Source of the DNA: Anthoceros angustus
Lineage: Eukaryota > Plantae > Anthocerotophyta
Direction of reading: 5' to 3'
Assembly (NCBI GenBank): GCA_010909165.1
Contig: MU008183.1
Span: forward strand, 1 to 64,000
Length of the DNA: 64,000 bases
Each line of letters opens with the position of its first letter. Within the stretch, counting starts at the first letter, position 1. The notes below the pieces were generated by a model. It made no database searches, was not told the DNA's origin, and saw only the letters and a list, made by a program, of their open reading frames with translations. This document shows, in pieces, positions 1-11,371 of this stretch. The position numbers and the translations under genes were made by a program.

Positions 1-346
1 GTTCTCTTGGTGTGCTCGTGGCCATTGCACAACCATACTTGCGCCCGCTCGGTCTTCATTACGAGGCTATTATCGGTTGGATGACGGTGAAGGCAAGTTC
101 AAGCTTGGCGAGAGGTAGCGGATGGATTGCCATGCTAGCTACGGGCGTGTGAGTGCTCGGCGGTGGGTAGCCTAAATCCATATTAGAAAGTCCACATGTT
201 GGATTCATACCATGCCACTTGACACGTGGATGTAACCCGTCTATAAATGCAATTTACAATCCTGTATGCTTGCTTGTATACACATGCTTGGATACGTATG
301 CTTGAACACACACGCTTGAATACGTGCTATAGTGGCACACATGGCT

Positions 347-430
347 CACTAGTAGAATAAGTCATTTACAACGTCCATAACGTGCTTTACAACGCATGAG
401 GTTGTAAAGCACATTTTGGACGTTGTAATA
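347..430 (+). repeat. Left TIR and subterminal repeats of CACTA element A
   Basis: CACTA terminus followed by direct and inverted TTTACAACG / GTTGTAA motifs. Confidence 0.75.
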
Positions 431-520
431 TGTGCTCAAAAATATATCGTATTGGTATACGATATCCATATATGGTATACCATATCCGCATATGGTAATA
501 GACACATACATGCGGCAGCG

Positions 521-830
521 TGGGGCTCACCAAGCAAAGAAATTGGGCTCACCGTGAGGCTCGCCAAGCAGTGAATTGGGCTCGCTGTGAGGCTCTCCAA
601 GCAAGAAATTGGGCTCGCCGAGGCTCGCCAAGCAAAGAAATTGGGCTCACCGGGAGGCTCGCCAAGCAGTGAATTGGGCTCGCCGTGAGGCTCGCCAAGC
701 TGGGGATCAAGCTCGTTGTACAGTGGATTGGGCCGGGGTTCTTGGCGGGGCTCACCATGGGGCTTGCCAGGGATCGCTGTGGATTGGGCCAGATTTACGG
801 GGCTCGCCAAGCAAGGGATCGATCTCGTGG
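521..830. repeat. ~34-bp tandem repeat
   Basis: Repeated AATTGGGCTCGCCGTGAGGCTCGCCAAGCA units. Confidence 0.9.
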
Positions 831-949
831 ATCGGGCTCGGATTGCTAAGTAGGTGATCGGGATTGCGCTATCGCCTCGAAATCAAGCACCATGAAGGAG
901 AAAGGACTCGAATGAGTGAGTGGCCATTATCCTCTTAGGTCGACACAGT

Positions 950-1380
950 TGCCCAAGTCTTGATGGGAGTAGCAGCCCAATTCTTCCCAATTGCTATGTG
1001 CAACCAAGTCTCGATGGCAATAGCAGCATAATCCTCCCCAATTCTTTTCGAATTTGTGCTATGTGGAGCCAAGTCTCGATGGAAGTAGCACTCAATTCTT
1101 CCCAATTCTTTCCGAATTTGTGCTATGTGGAGTCAAGTCTCGATGGAAGTAGCACTCAATTCTTCCCAATTCTTTGGAATTTGTGCTATGTGCAACCAAG
1201 TCTCGATGGCAATAGCGACAATTCTCCCCAATTCTTTCTAGAATTTGTGCTATGTGCAACCAAGTCTCGATGGCAATAGCGACAATTCTCCCCAATTCTT
1301 CTGGAATTTGTGCTATGTGGAGTCAAGTCTCGATGCAAGTAGCACTCAATTCTTCCCAATTCTTTGGAATTTGTGCTATG
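950..1380. repeat. ~57-60-bp tandem repeat
   Basis: Repeated TTGTGCTATGTG..CAAGTCTCGATGG..TAGC..CAATTCT units, about 7 copies. Confidence 0.9.
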
Positions 1381-1428
1381 TGTGTGTCTGGATATAATTA
1401 GTCTAATATGTATGTGGTCATGTGCTAG

Positions 1429-1742
1429 GTTTTCTAGTGTGGGCGGCAAGGATTACACAATCCTGTTGGTCTCTTCGTTGTTTGCCACAAAATCCAGCAT
1501 TGGAAGGACACACTCTTGTGGGAGACTCATCATGCCGGAGGTGGCCGTGGCGTGCTCGACCAATGGTTCAAGATGCTTTTGAGAAATGTAATTGTGTAAA
1601 CTGTAAGGGCAAAGGACTATGCGGGGAATCAAGTCCGTATTCATGAGCGTACATACGGAATATATCGAGGCGGAGGGAGGCGCAAGTTCGGAAGAAACCC
1701 CGTACCAAGTGAAGACTCACCGTGACGGCAAGCGTATATGAC
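1429..1742 (+). pseudogene. Putative 5' coding exon with a transposase-associated CxCxxC...H zinc-binding motif
   Basis: Reads KCNCVNCKGK then, after one frameshift, TMRGNQVRIHERTYG. Flanked by AG (1427-1428) and a GTGAGT donor at 1743, followed by an AT-rich intron-like segment. Confidence 0.55.
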
Positions 1743-1974
1743 GTGAGTTTCTAACCCCTTTGGTTAAGTATTTGAGATGTATATTGAGTTTCTAACCACT
1801 ATTTCGTGATACATTCAAGGTATATCATATTTAATATTAATATATATATTTATATTTATTTAGTATATGCATGCTCCTTTTAAATGTGCATGATGTGTCA
1901 TTGATGCATGATGGTTTCGTAAGTTAAACTGGTATGGTATGTAGTTTGTACTTATGATGATTATTTTTGTATAG

Positions 1975-2896
1975 TTGGCGTAACTTCCTATAGAGGACCA
2001 TGTTAGCACTCTTGATCCCGATGATGCGATGATGAACGCACTGTGGACACATGTCTGCTGGGTAGGAAAAATTTGGGTGGAAAGGAGAGTCACGTGGACC
2101 TTTCCTTGAACACCCTTACCACGAGAGGAGAGGATGCAAACTCTCATGATGCTGTTGTGTTATACAAGCGTCTTCTCAAAGGTGTATATCCCAAGGAGTG
2201 GGGAATGTGGGAGGAGGGGGCCCTTCTTATTAACAAACCATTTCCATATTGGGGTTGTTGGTGGATAGTGAAGGAGGCAACAAATCCAATAATGGGGTTG
2301 GGTTTGTTTGCCTTGGAAAAAATAAGTGTTAGTCGTAGCCAAAGAAAGGCGTTCCATTATTTGTGTTTGGTGGTCCCATGTATACACAGTGAGTTTAACA
2401 AGATTGGAGTGTGAGATTGCGAGTTTCAAAATATGCCTTAACTTTCAACAGATGTAGGCGTAAGAAGCTTACGTCACCTATAGTGTACTTGGATGGGCAT
2501 GTGGCATATGGGAATGTGGCAGGTTACATTAATAGCAGTAAACAAGGTAACTGTCTCTGGGAGGAAAGAGACGATGGGCATGAGCTATTGCATCATAGCC
2601 ACATGATGTGGGTGTGCACTTGGGCAGTGCGGACCATTGAAGCAGGTGAGGAGTTGTTTGTTGAGTACAATTGGTTTGACCCAAATTATGCGATAGCAAG
2701 AATAAAGGCTGCAGAGCGTGAGTATGCACATACTAAAGAGTATGTGCAAAGAGAGTGGAAGAAGATGAAGGCAAAGTTAATGCATGAAGACAGGGGTGCG
2801 GATGCGGAGGAGTATGTAGATACTGCAGAATATGCAAAAAGGGAATGGGAAAAGATGAAGGCAAAGTTGATGAAAGAGGATGTAGATTTAGAGTAG
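1975..2896 (+). pseudogene. SET-domain protein (lysine methyltransferase-like), frameshifted
   Basis: ORFs 2043-2414 and 2411-2896 together give SET motifs in the expected order: MGLGLFALEKI, PLFVFGGPMY, YLDG, GNVAGYINSS..GNC, AVRTIEAGEELFVEYNW. A duplicated C-terminal helix follows (EY..REW.KMKAKLM.ED x2). Confidence 0.85.
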
Positions 2897-3087
2897 TATT
2901 TGCATGACACGTGCTGAATGATGTGAATATTAGTTTTTCCTTACTGTGTTTGAAGTTTGAACATAGTTTATCTAGGTGATTGATATCCTTTAGAGATCAT
3001 GGTCAAGCTAGCCCATAATCAAGTATTATATATTTTATTTTATTTTATTTTAATAACATGTTATGTATGTTTCCTCAAAAATTCTAG

Positions 3088-6000
3088 GTTGAAGGGGAAA
3101 AATTCATGGTGAATCCATGCATGAGGAAGAAAACGAATACATTCACCCTCATGAACAAGTGGCTATAGAGATGGTGGAGGCACTTGGTGGAGTAGCTGGT
3201 ATTGCCGACATGACTGAGGAAGAGGTAAATTCTTTGCCTAAGGAATTGAAGAGAATGCATACAGCAACCACATCTTTATGGACCGGAGCCAAAACAAATT
3301 TGTCATTTACCTTATTATTGCTTAACGTCCAGAGGAGGCATTGTTGGTCGGATGCATCTGTGAATACTATGTTGGAATTAATAGGGAGCTTAGGACTCCC
3401 CGCTGACAACAAGTTGCCCAAGAATAGAGCTGAGATAAGAAAACTATTGAAGGGATTTGGCCTGTCTTATAAATCTATACATGCTTGTCCAAATGACTGT
3501 CTATTATTTCATGGCGAGCTACAGCTCCTGCTAATGTGCTGCAAGTGTGGGGCAAATAGGTATAGAACGGATACAAAGGGCAAAAAAATACCTGTGAAGG
3601 TGTTGCGTTATTTCCCATTAATTCCTAGGTTGAAGCAAATGTTTAGGTGCAAGAAGCTAGCTAGTATGATGTCTTGGCATGCAACATTTAAGTCTAGTGA
3701 TGGGATCATGCGAATACCATCAGACAGCCAAGCGTGGGAATATGTGGACCAAACATTTCCAGAGTTTGCTATGGAGACGCGCAATATTCGATTTGGGCTT
3801 GCTACTGATGGGATTAACCCGTTTGGACACCAGAGTTCTCAATATTCCATTTGGCCAGTGCTACTTGTCAATTATAACTTGCCTCCATGGATGTCCATAC
3901 GCAATGGACATATATTATTATCAATGATTATTCCTGGTCCGAAGCAAGTGAAAATGCACATTTATTTCCGACCGCTTATTGAAGAGTTGAAGATATTGTG
4001 GGAAGAAGGCATAATAGTGGACGATATTTCTGCTGGAGATGGGAATGCTCAAAACAATTTAGATTAAAAGCCTTATTGATGTGGACTATGCGACTACCGT
4101 GATATACGGTCACTTCAAAGCTTCAAACCAAAGGGAAGCGGGCATGTCCAAAATGTTGGGATAAACTTGAAGCACACAGATCACCACACACTAAAAAAAT
4201 GACGTATGATAAAAATTCTAGAATGCACTTGCCAGAGGAACACATGTCTAGGGTGGAAGAGAAGGACACATTTGATGGACGTCGGATCGCAAGTGTTCTT
4301 CCGAGCGATGAACCTGAGCTTATCGTAGAGAGAGTTTTTACGAAAACCGCAACTAAGGCGATCATAGGCCTTGGGGTGTCACAAGCAATGAACCTTCAAT
4401 TTTTGGGAGCTTCCATATTGGGAGGTAGGTATCGATCCGTTTTTATCCTTCACTTTAATATATTATAAAATGATTATGCTTTTAGAACTTTGTAGCAATC
4501 GAATGCTTACAATTATCATCAATATGCATGTGATGGCTGCGGTGTTGCTAATTAGACACTTGTTTGATATCATTCACATTGGAAAGAACGTTAGTGAACA
4601 AATTATGAGGCACATTTGTGGGGAGTTTGAAACCCTTTCGAGTCGTAGAGATCTCGAACTATCAAATACCAAGCAGGAATGGTGGCCCAAGGACAGGCCC
4701 CAACCTAAACCCAAGCCCAAGGGTAGGGCTAGGGCCAGGGCCATGGGCCATGGCGCCAAGCCCCAAGCCAAGTATGGGCCTAGGCCTAGGCAATCAAGGA
4801 AAAGGAAGAGAGGACAAGATGATGCAGTTGATGAAGGAAACGCTCGGGAACGTGTGCATATACGGACTCCAGCACCTTGGGTTCTTGGACATGGCACTAA
4901 CTATTCTTATCCTAAAGCATTGGAGAAATTGAAGAGAAGGGTTTGCAACATCCGTATGCCCACTGGGTATGGGTCCAACTTGAAACGTTGTTTTAAGAAA
5001 GGGACACGAGAGACAATTTCAGGCCTGAAGTCCCATGATCATCATCATTTGTTATGTGACATATGGCCAATTGCCTTGAGAGGGTTGATACATCCACATG
5101 TGCATAAGGCTATATGTGATCTCGCAGAACTAATGCGTTGGCTTACCGCAAAAGAAATTGTGAAGGATGAGATTCCTGCTATGAAGGTCAAAATTGCGAG
5201 GTGATGTGCATTTTGGAGAGAGAGTTTCCTACAACATTTCGACAAGCCGGTCCATCGTTATTCATCCGTGCGGAGGTTGAATTATGTGGGCCCACACGCT
5301 ATCGTTGGATGTATTTTCTTGAACGACATATGAAAGTGCTAAAGAACCTTGTACGACAAAAAGCTCGACCGGAAGGAAGCATGGCTTTAGGATATCTAGC
5401 ACAAGAGACAATGTTTTACTCTTGAATTCTTTGGAAATATCCATAATGCAGCTCCACGGATGTGGACAATGAAAGAAGATGTTACTCAAAGTGGGGAGTT
5501 GTTACAAGGATATGGAAAGATAAAGCGTCTGTCAGATGTGGAAAGGAGTCAAGTGAGGAAAGTGATATTAGAGAACTCGGAGTGGACTAAGCAATGGAAA
5601 GAAGTATATGATGACAACGAAATCGAAGATCGCCTTTTGTGGAGTGGTTAACTGATGAGGTGGAAGCAGCATCTAAAAGGGGAACTGCATTAGAAATATA
5701 TGGAAAGGAGGTGGTTGCACTTGTAAGAGGGCCATTTGAATCTGTGCGTTCTTATAGCATGATGTGGGCATATGGACATCATATTCGGACGGCGGATCTT
5801 GATGCTGGGAAACAAACTTGTGATAGCATCATAACACAACTATATACATTTCTATGTATTGAAAAACAGGGTGACCCTGAACCCATTGCAGCGCAGCTTC
5901 CGTATGTTGGAACAGTGGAGAGGATTTATGAAGTTGATTTTGGAGTTACTACAAATATAAATGTGCTCAAGGTAAAGTGGTTCCACACCCCCTGGAATGA

Positions 6001-6202
6001 GGATAGGACAGGAGAGAAAAGAGATGACTCCACTGGTATGGTCATGTTGAATCCAAACAAAACGTTATCTCAAGAAAAGCTGAAAGACGAACCATTCGTT
6101 ATGGTATCTCCGAAATTGGAGCGAGCTTTTATGCAAAATACCCAAAAATCTTGGAAACTTGTAGTTGGTACAACGCCGTGGAAGACGTGTAGTAGAATGT
6201 GA
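3088..6202 (+). pseudogene. CACTA transposase (Tnp2/Transposase_21 core, then DUF4218- and DUF4216-like regions), several frameshifts
   Basis: IHACPNDCLLF, PVKVLRYFPLIPRLKQMF, NIRFGLATDGINPF, WPVLLVNYNLPPW, IPGPKQ, ELPYWE|VLLIRHLFDIIHIGKNV (intron ~4425-4541), GLKSHDHH, RWMYFLERHMKVLKNLVRQKARPEGSMA, KVKWF...DEPFVM. Confidence 0.95.
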
Positions 6203-6923
6203 CGATTTTGATGGAAGACATGTCCATGAAGTGCTGGAATACAAGGATGACATGGAAGACGAGGATATCGATAGAAGACACGAAGTGGAAGATGATCATG
6301 AGCATATCGATGGAACTAGATATGTAGTGGAAGATAACGATGAAATGGAAGATGAGGATATCGATGGAATATACGTTGTTGAAGATGACATGGAAGATGA
6401 AGATATTGATGGAAGACATGTAATCAAGACGTCGACATAGAAGATGAGGATATTGATGAAAGACATGTAGTCGAAGATGAAGATGACATGGAAGATGAAG
6501 ACGACGGAAGATGAAGAGGAAGATGATGGTGATAGTGATGATGAGGATGACAAGGAAGATGCGGATGATGAGGAAGACGAGGATGCAGGTAGAGAGGATA
6601 TCGATGAAGAGACTACGGAAGATGAGGAGGGTAGCGAAAATGAGAAGGACATGGAATCAGAAGACGAGGACACCAACAAGGAAGAAGAGGAAGATGAGGA
6701 CAACAAGGAAGAAGAGGAAGATGTGGACGAAAGGGAAGATGAAGAGGAAAGTAAAGATGAGGATGATAAGGAAGATGAGGATGAAAGCAAAGATGAGGAT
6801 GACAAGGAAGATGAGGATGAAAGCAAAGACGAGGATGACAAGGAAGATGAGGATGAAAGCAAAGATGAGGACGAAAGCGAAGATGAGGATGACAATAAAA
6901 AAGATGAGGACAACAGCGAATGA
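6165..6923 (+). CDS. Asp/Glu-rich repetitive C-terminal extension of the transposase region
   Basis: ORFs 6165-6440 and 6477-6923 are almost entirely D/E with internal repeats (KDEDDKEDEDES) and overlap the end of the DUF4216-like ORF. Confidence 0.5.
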
Positions 6924-7039
6924 GCTACGATAGATATCATCTTACGTACATCGATGAGGAATTGAGAATGAGCGATACGTCATGTATGCGGTGTTAGAAG
7001 GTTTTGAAATTTCAAAATGTGATACAATGCTTGGGGTTT

Positions 7040-9310
7040 GAGTTTGGTCTTAATTATAACATATACAAGGCTTGCTTATAATGTGTGAATTATTTTTACG
7101 ATGGTGCGGGACTCGAACCATGAGCCCCTTATAATCGAACATATATACTTCTAGTTCATTTCATCGTAATGCCTTTGTCATTAAAGTGTTGATCTAGTTT
7201 CCTCCGTACTTTTGCCAACGATAGTAGCATGTACATCCTCGACTATTCCACACGTCCACCTTTCTTTGGATAAACAAAGATAGTCAAACCAAACCAAACC
7301 CAACCCAAGCAAATATTAGCCTTCCTCGTAGCAAACATCCTTTCCCGAGATTCGAGCTGGCCTTATGAAAGAAAAGGGTACGTAGACGTGGGACAAGGAA
7401 ACAATGCAAAGACATACTTATCCTTGAAGTAATCTCCGCAGATATTCTGAGGCACCGGCCTAGAGCTTTCTGGCACATGCTCCTGCCCTTTGTTAGTAAG
7501 AAATGCAATGAGGGCATGAATTCCCTAGAAAAGTTTAATCACGAAGTAAATTCGGCCGGTGAGACGAGTGACTACTGCAGTATCCAAAATCTGGCCAAGG
7601 CTAACTAGACGATTAGCAAACTATATGAAGGCATTAGAACTTCATATGGCCCACAAAAGGCGGAACCACCATCTCCCCATCAAAATCTAAACCCCCAATC
7701 TATTCACTAATATATGCTGATTCAAATACCAGGCGAACATATGGGAACTCGAACGATACGATGAGGCGGACTCGAACTATGAGCCCCTTTTGAACATACT
7801 CCCAATTGATTTGTGCACCTTAAAATGCCTTTGTCATCAACATCTAATTTCTAATTGAGTACTTTTGCCAATGGTAGCAGCATGTAACTATGCCAAGCTA
7901 TAGCTTGTCTAGCCTTTCTCTGGACAAACAAAGATAATCAACTTTCCAAGATGAAACGTTAACCCCAACCTGTTTTAGTGAAAACCGCTCCCAAAATCAC
8001 CCCTTGTGCCCCAATCTATTCAATACCAATTGCAAGTAGCCTCCCTCGCATCAAACATCCCTTGTTGGCTCTCTATGCAAGGAAAAGGTAGCATCTCCTA
8101 GAAGAAACGAGCTCCAATATTGTGCAAGAGCTCAATCTTTCTTCGACAAATATGACTGATACAATGGCGGCGCCCGACAATGTCTTGCTATACAATGGCG
8201 CCGACAATGGCTTGCCATACAATGGCGCCTAATGCCCGAGAATGGCTTGCCATACAATGCCGTGCACGCCCAACAATAATGGCGCCCAATTAACACAACA
8301 ATGGCGCCTAACGCACAACAATAATGGTGCCCCAATTAACGCCCAACGCCAACAATGGCGTCCGCCCAACAATGGCACCCAATTAACGCCCAACAATGGC
8401 GCCCAATTAACGCCCAACAATGGTGCCCCAATGACAATGGCTGGCCATACAATGGTGCCCAAATAACGCCCAACAATAGCGCCAACAATAATGGCGCCCA
8501 ATGCTCAACTATGACGCTTAACGCCCAATAATGGCGCCCAATGCTCAACTATGACGCTACGCCCAATAATGGCGCCCAACGCCCAACAATAATGGGACCT
8601 AACGCTCAACTATGGCGCTCAATTAACGCCCAAAATTGCGCCCAATACAATATGCCAAATTTAAAATACCCTCTCTCCCGTCTTCCACCCCCATCAAAAC
8701 TCTTCCTCGTTATCCCCGCCCCACTTCCCTAAAGGAAAGAGTATGTAGTCGGAGAAAGCAACAATGCAAAGACATACTTATCCTTGAAGTAATCTTCGTA
8801 GATTTTCCGAGGAACCGTCTAGAGCTTTCAAACATGCTATACTCTTTGCTAGTAAGAAATGTAATGAGGGCATGAATTTTCTAGAGAAGTTTAATCACAA
8901 AGTAAATTCGGCCGGTGAGACGAGTGACTACAGCGATCCAATCTAGCCAAGGCTAACTAGATGATTAAAAGACTATATGGAAGCATTAGAACTTCATATG
9001 GCCCAAAAAGGCGAACCGCCACCTCCCCATCAAAATCTAAACCCCAATCTATTTACTAATATACACCGATTCAAATTTCCAAGACGCCGAACGTGTGGGA
9101 ACTCGAACATGTCGATGAGGCGGACTCGTACTATGAGTCCCTTTTGAACATACTCCCAATTGATTTGTACACCTTACAATGCCTTTGTCATTTGATCCAA
9201 TTTCCATGGGTACTTTTGCCAATGGTAGCAGCAAGTAACCATGCCAAGCTATAGCTTGTCTAGCCTTTCTCGATAAACAAAGATAATCAACCTTCCAAGA
9301 TGAAATGTTA
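7040..9310. repeat. Internally duplicated/triplicated module within element A
   Basis: ~7380-7960 matches ~8740-9310; ~7090-7280 matches ~7755-7940 and ~9110-9290 (GCCTTTGTCAT...TACTTTTGCCAA..GTAGCA...AAACAAAGATA). Confidence 0.85.
8155..8655. repeat. CAACAATGGCGCCCAATTAACGCC minisatellite, block 1
   Basis: Dense degenerate 12-24-bp repeats with a CAATGGCGCC core. Confidence 0.9.
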
Positions 9311-9334
9311 ACGTGCTTGCGACAAATATGATCG

Positions 9335-10175
9335 GCTATACAATGGTGCCAGGGCGTCAATGGCGTAACGCCCAACAATGGCTTGTCATTCAATGGTGCC
9401 CCAACGCCCAACAATAATGGCGCCCAATTAATGCCTAACTATGGCGCTCAATGGCTATCTGATACAATGGCGCCAACGCCATTCAAAGGTGTGCGCCAAC
9501 AATAATGGCGCCTAATTAATGCCTAACTATGGCACCGTCAATGGCTTGCCATACAATGGCGCCGCGACAATGGCTTGCTCGATGGTGCCAACGCCCAATA
9601 ATGGCGCCCAAATAACGCTAACAATGGCGCCAATGCCCAATTATGGCGCCCAACGCCAACAATGGCGCCGACAATGGCTGGCCATAGAATGGTGCCCAAA
9701 TAACACCCAATAATAATGGCGCCTAACGCACAACAATGGCGCCTAATGCCCGACAATGGCTGGCCATACAATGGTGCCCAAATAACGCCCAATAATAATG
9801 GTAACGCCCAACAATGGCGCCCAATTAATGCCCAACAATGGCGCTTAACGTCCAACAATGGCGCCTACGCCCAACAATGGCGCTTAACGTCCAACTATGG
9901 CGCCCAATTAACGCCTAACAATGGCGTCCAACACCCAACAATGGTACCAAATTAACGCAACAATGGCGCCCAATTAACGCCAACAATGGCGCCTATTAAT
10001 GCCCAACAATGGCGTCCTACTAACGCAATGGCGCCCAAGTAATGCCCAATAATGGCGCCCAATTAACGCCTAACAATGGCGCCCACGCGACAATGGTGCC
10101 CAACGCCCAACAATGGCACCCAATTAACGCTTCAATGGCGCCTAACGCCGACAATGGCTGGCCATACAATGGCCC
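9335..10175. repeat. CAACAATGGCGCC minisatellite, block 2
   Basis: Same core as block 1. Confidence 0.9.
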
Positions 10176-10469
10176 CTGCGAAAGGTAAGCATGTAACATG
10201 TACCATCAAGTGCGCGCCTTGTGGGCATAGAGGTGGTACCTGCTCACAATAAGAACACTAAAGAAAATGCTAAAGAGCGTGACGTACTAGTATTAGAGCA
10301 CTAGCGGCCCCCCTCTCAACTTTTTCCCTCTCCATGCCAGACTGTGTGTAAGGGCTGGGATTAATGGAGTGCGAGCTGCCGAGTGGCACGCCTCCGTACT
10401 CTTGAATGGACGCGTTCATCATGCCCCCACAAAATAACCCCAATCAAATTTAAAATAGCCCTCCCGCCT

Positions 10470-11371
10470 CACATTTTGAAGAAAAATGCTTTACAACGTA
10501 ATCTACAACAAGGGAATCACGTCATCAATCGCTGTTGTAAATGGCCTCCTATCATATTTTTTGTGATTAATAACAATAATAAAGAGTTTAAAAAAAATAA
10601 AGAACACATTTTGAGAAAATTACTTTACAACGTAATCTACAACAAGGGAGCCATGTCATCAATCGCTGTTGTAAATGGCCTCCTATCATATTTTTGTGAT
10701 TAATAATAATAATAAAGAGTTAAACAAATAAAGAACACATTTTGAGAAAAATGTTTTACAACGTAATCTACAACAAGGAGCCATGTCATCAATCGCTGTT
10801 GTAAATGGCCTCCAATCATATTTTTGTGATTAATAATAATAATAAAGAGTTTTGAAGAAATAAAGAACAAATTTTGAGAAAAAGGCTTTTACAACGTAAT
10901 CTACAACAAGGAGCCACGTCATCGCATGTTTGTAAATGGCTTCCAATCATATTTTTGTGGTTAATAATAATAACAAAGAGTTTTGAAGAAATAAAGAACA
11001 AATTTTGAGAAAAAGGCTTTTACAACGTAATCTACAACAAGGAGCCACGTCATCGCATCTTGTAAATGGCTTCCAATCATATTTTTGTGATTAGTGATGT
11101 TAATAAAGATTTTAGAAAATAAAGATCAAATTTTGAAAAAGCTTTTACAACGTAATCTACAACGTGGGAGCCACGTCATCAATCCGTTGTTGTAAATGAG
11201 CACCCAAAAGAGTGCCACATCATCCAACTAGAAACCCCCGTTGTAAACCGAGTCTTAAAACTTGCCACATCAGCGAAACTCAAACCAATTTACAACGGAG
11301 GTGTTTAGACGTTGTAAAGATTGGGGGATTTGCAAAAGGGGTTTTGTAAAACACCCCTCTCCCTAGTAGTG
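10470..11371. repeat. Right subterminal ~130-bp tandem array and right TIR of element A
   Basis: About 6 units of TTTACAACGTAATCTACAACAAGGAGCCA..TCATC..GTTGTAAATGGC, ending in TAGTAGTG. Confidence 0.9.

Larger units (their letters stand above)
347..11371 (+). mobile_element. CACTA/En-Spm DNA transposon (element A) carrying a SET-domain exon
   Basis: Left end CACTAGTAGAAT at 347 and right end CCCTAGTAGTG ending at 11371. Both ends share TTTACAACG subterminal motifs, and an internal Tnp2-type transposase is present. TIRs are imperfect and the 3-bp flanks differ (GCT vs CAT), so the pairing of the ends is not proven. Confidence 0.8.

Noticed and set aside
521-1380. Regularly spaced repeats resembling a CRISPR array, and the ORFs over them
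   Set aside because: These are tandem units with no unique spacers and no cas genes, in a eukaryotic TE context; the ORFs are repeat translations.
6296-6940. Ser-rich (minus strand) and Met/Arg/Lys-rich (plus strand) ORFs
   Set aside because: Alternative-frame shadows of the acidic GAT/GAG/GAA repeat.
7095-7130. B-box-like GGTTCGAGTCC suggesting a tRNA or SINE
   Set aside because: No A box or cloverleaf is recognisable; kept only as a remark within the duplicated-module finding.
8132-9955. NNGAQ / QQWR-repeat ORFs
   Set aside because: Short translations of a minisatellite in several frames.
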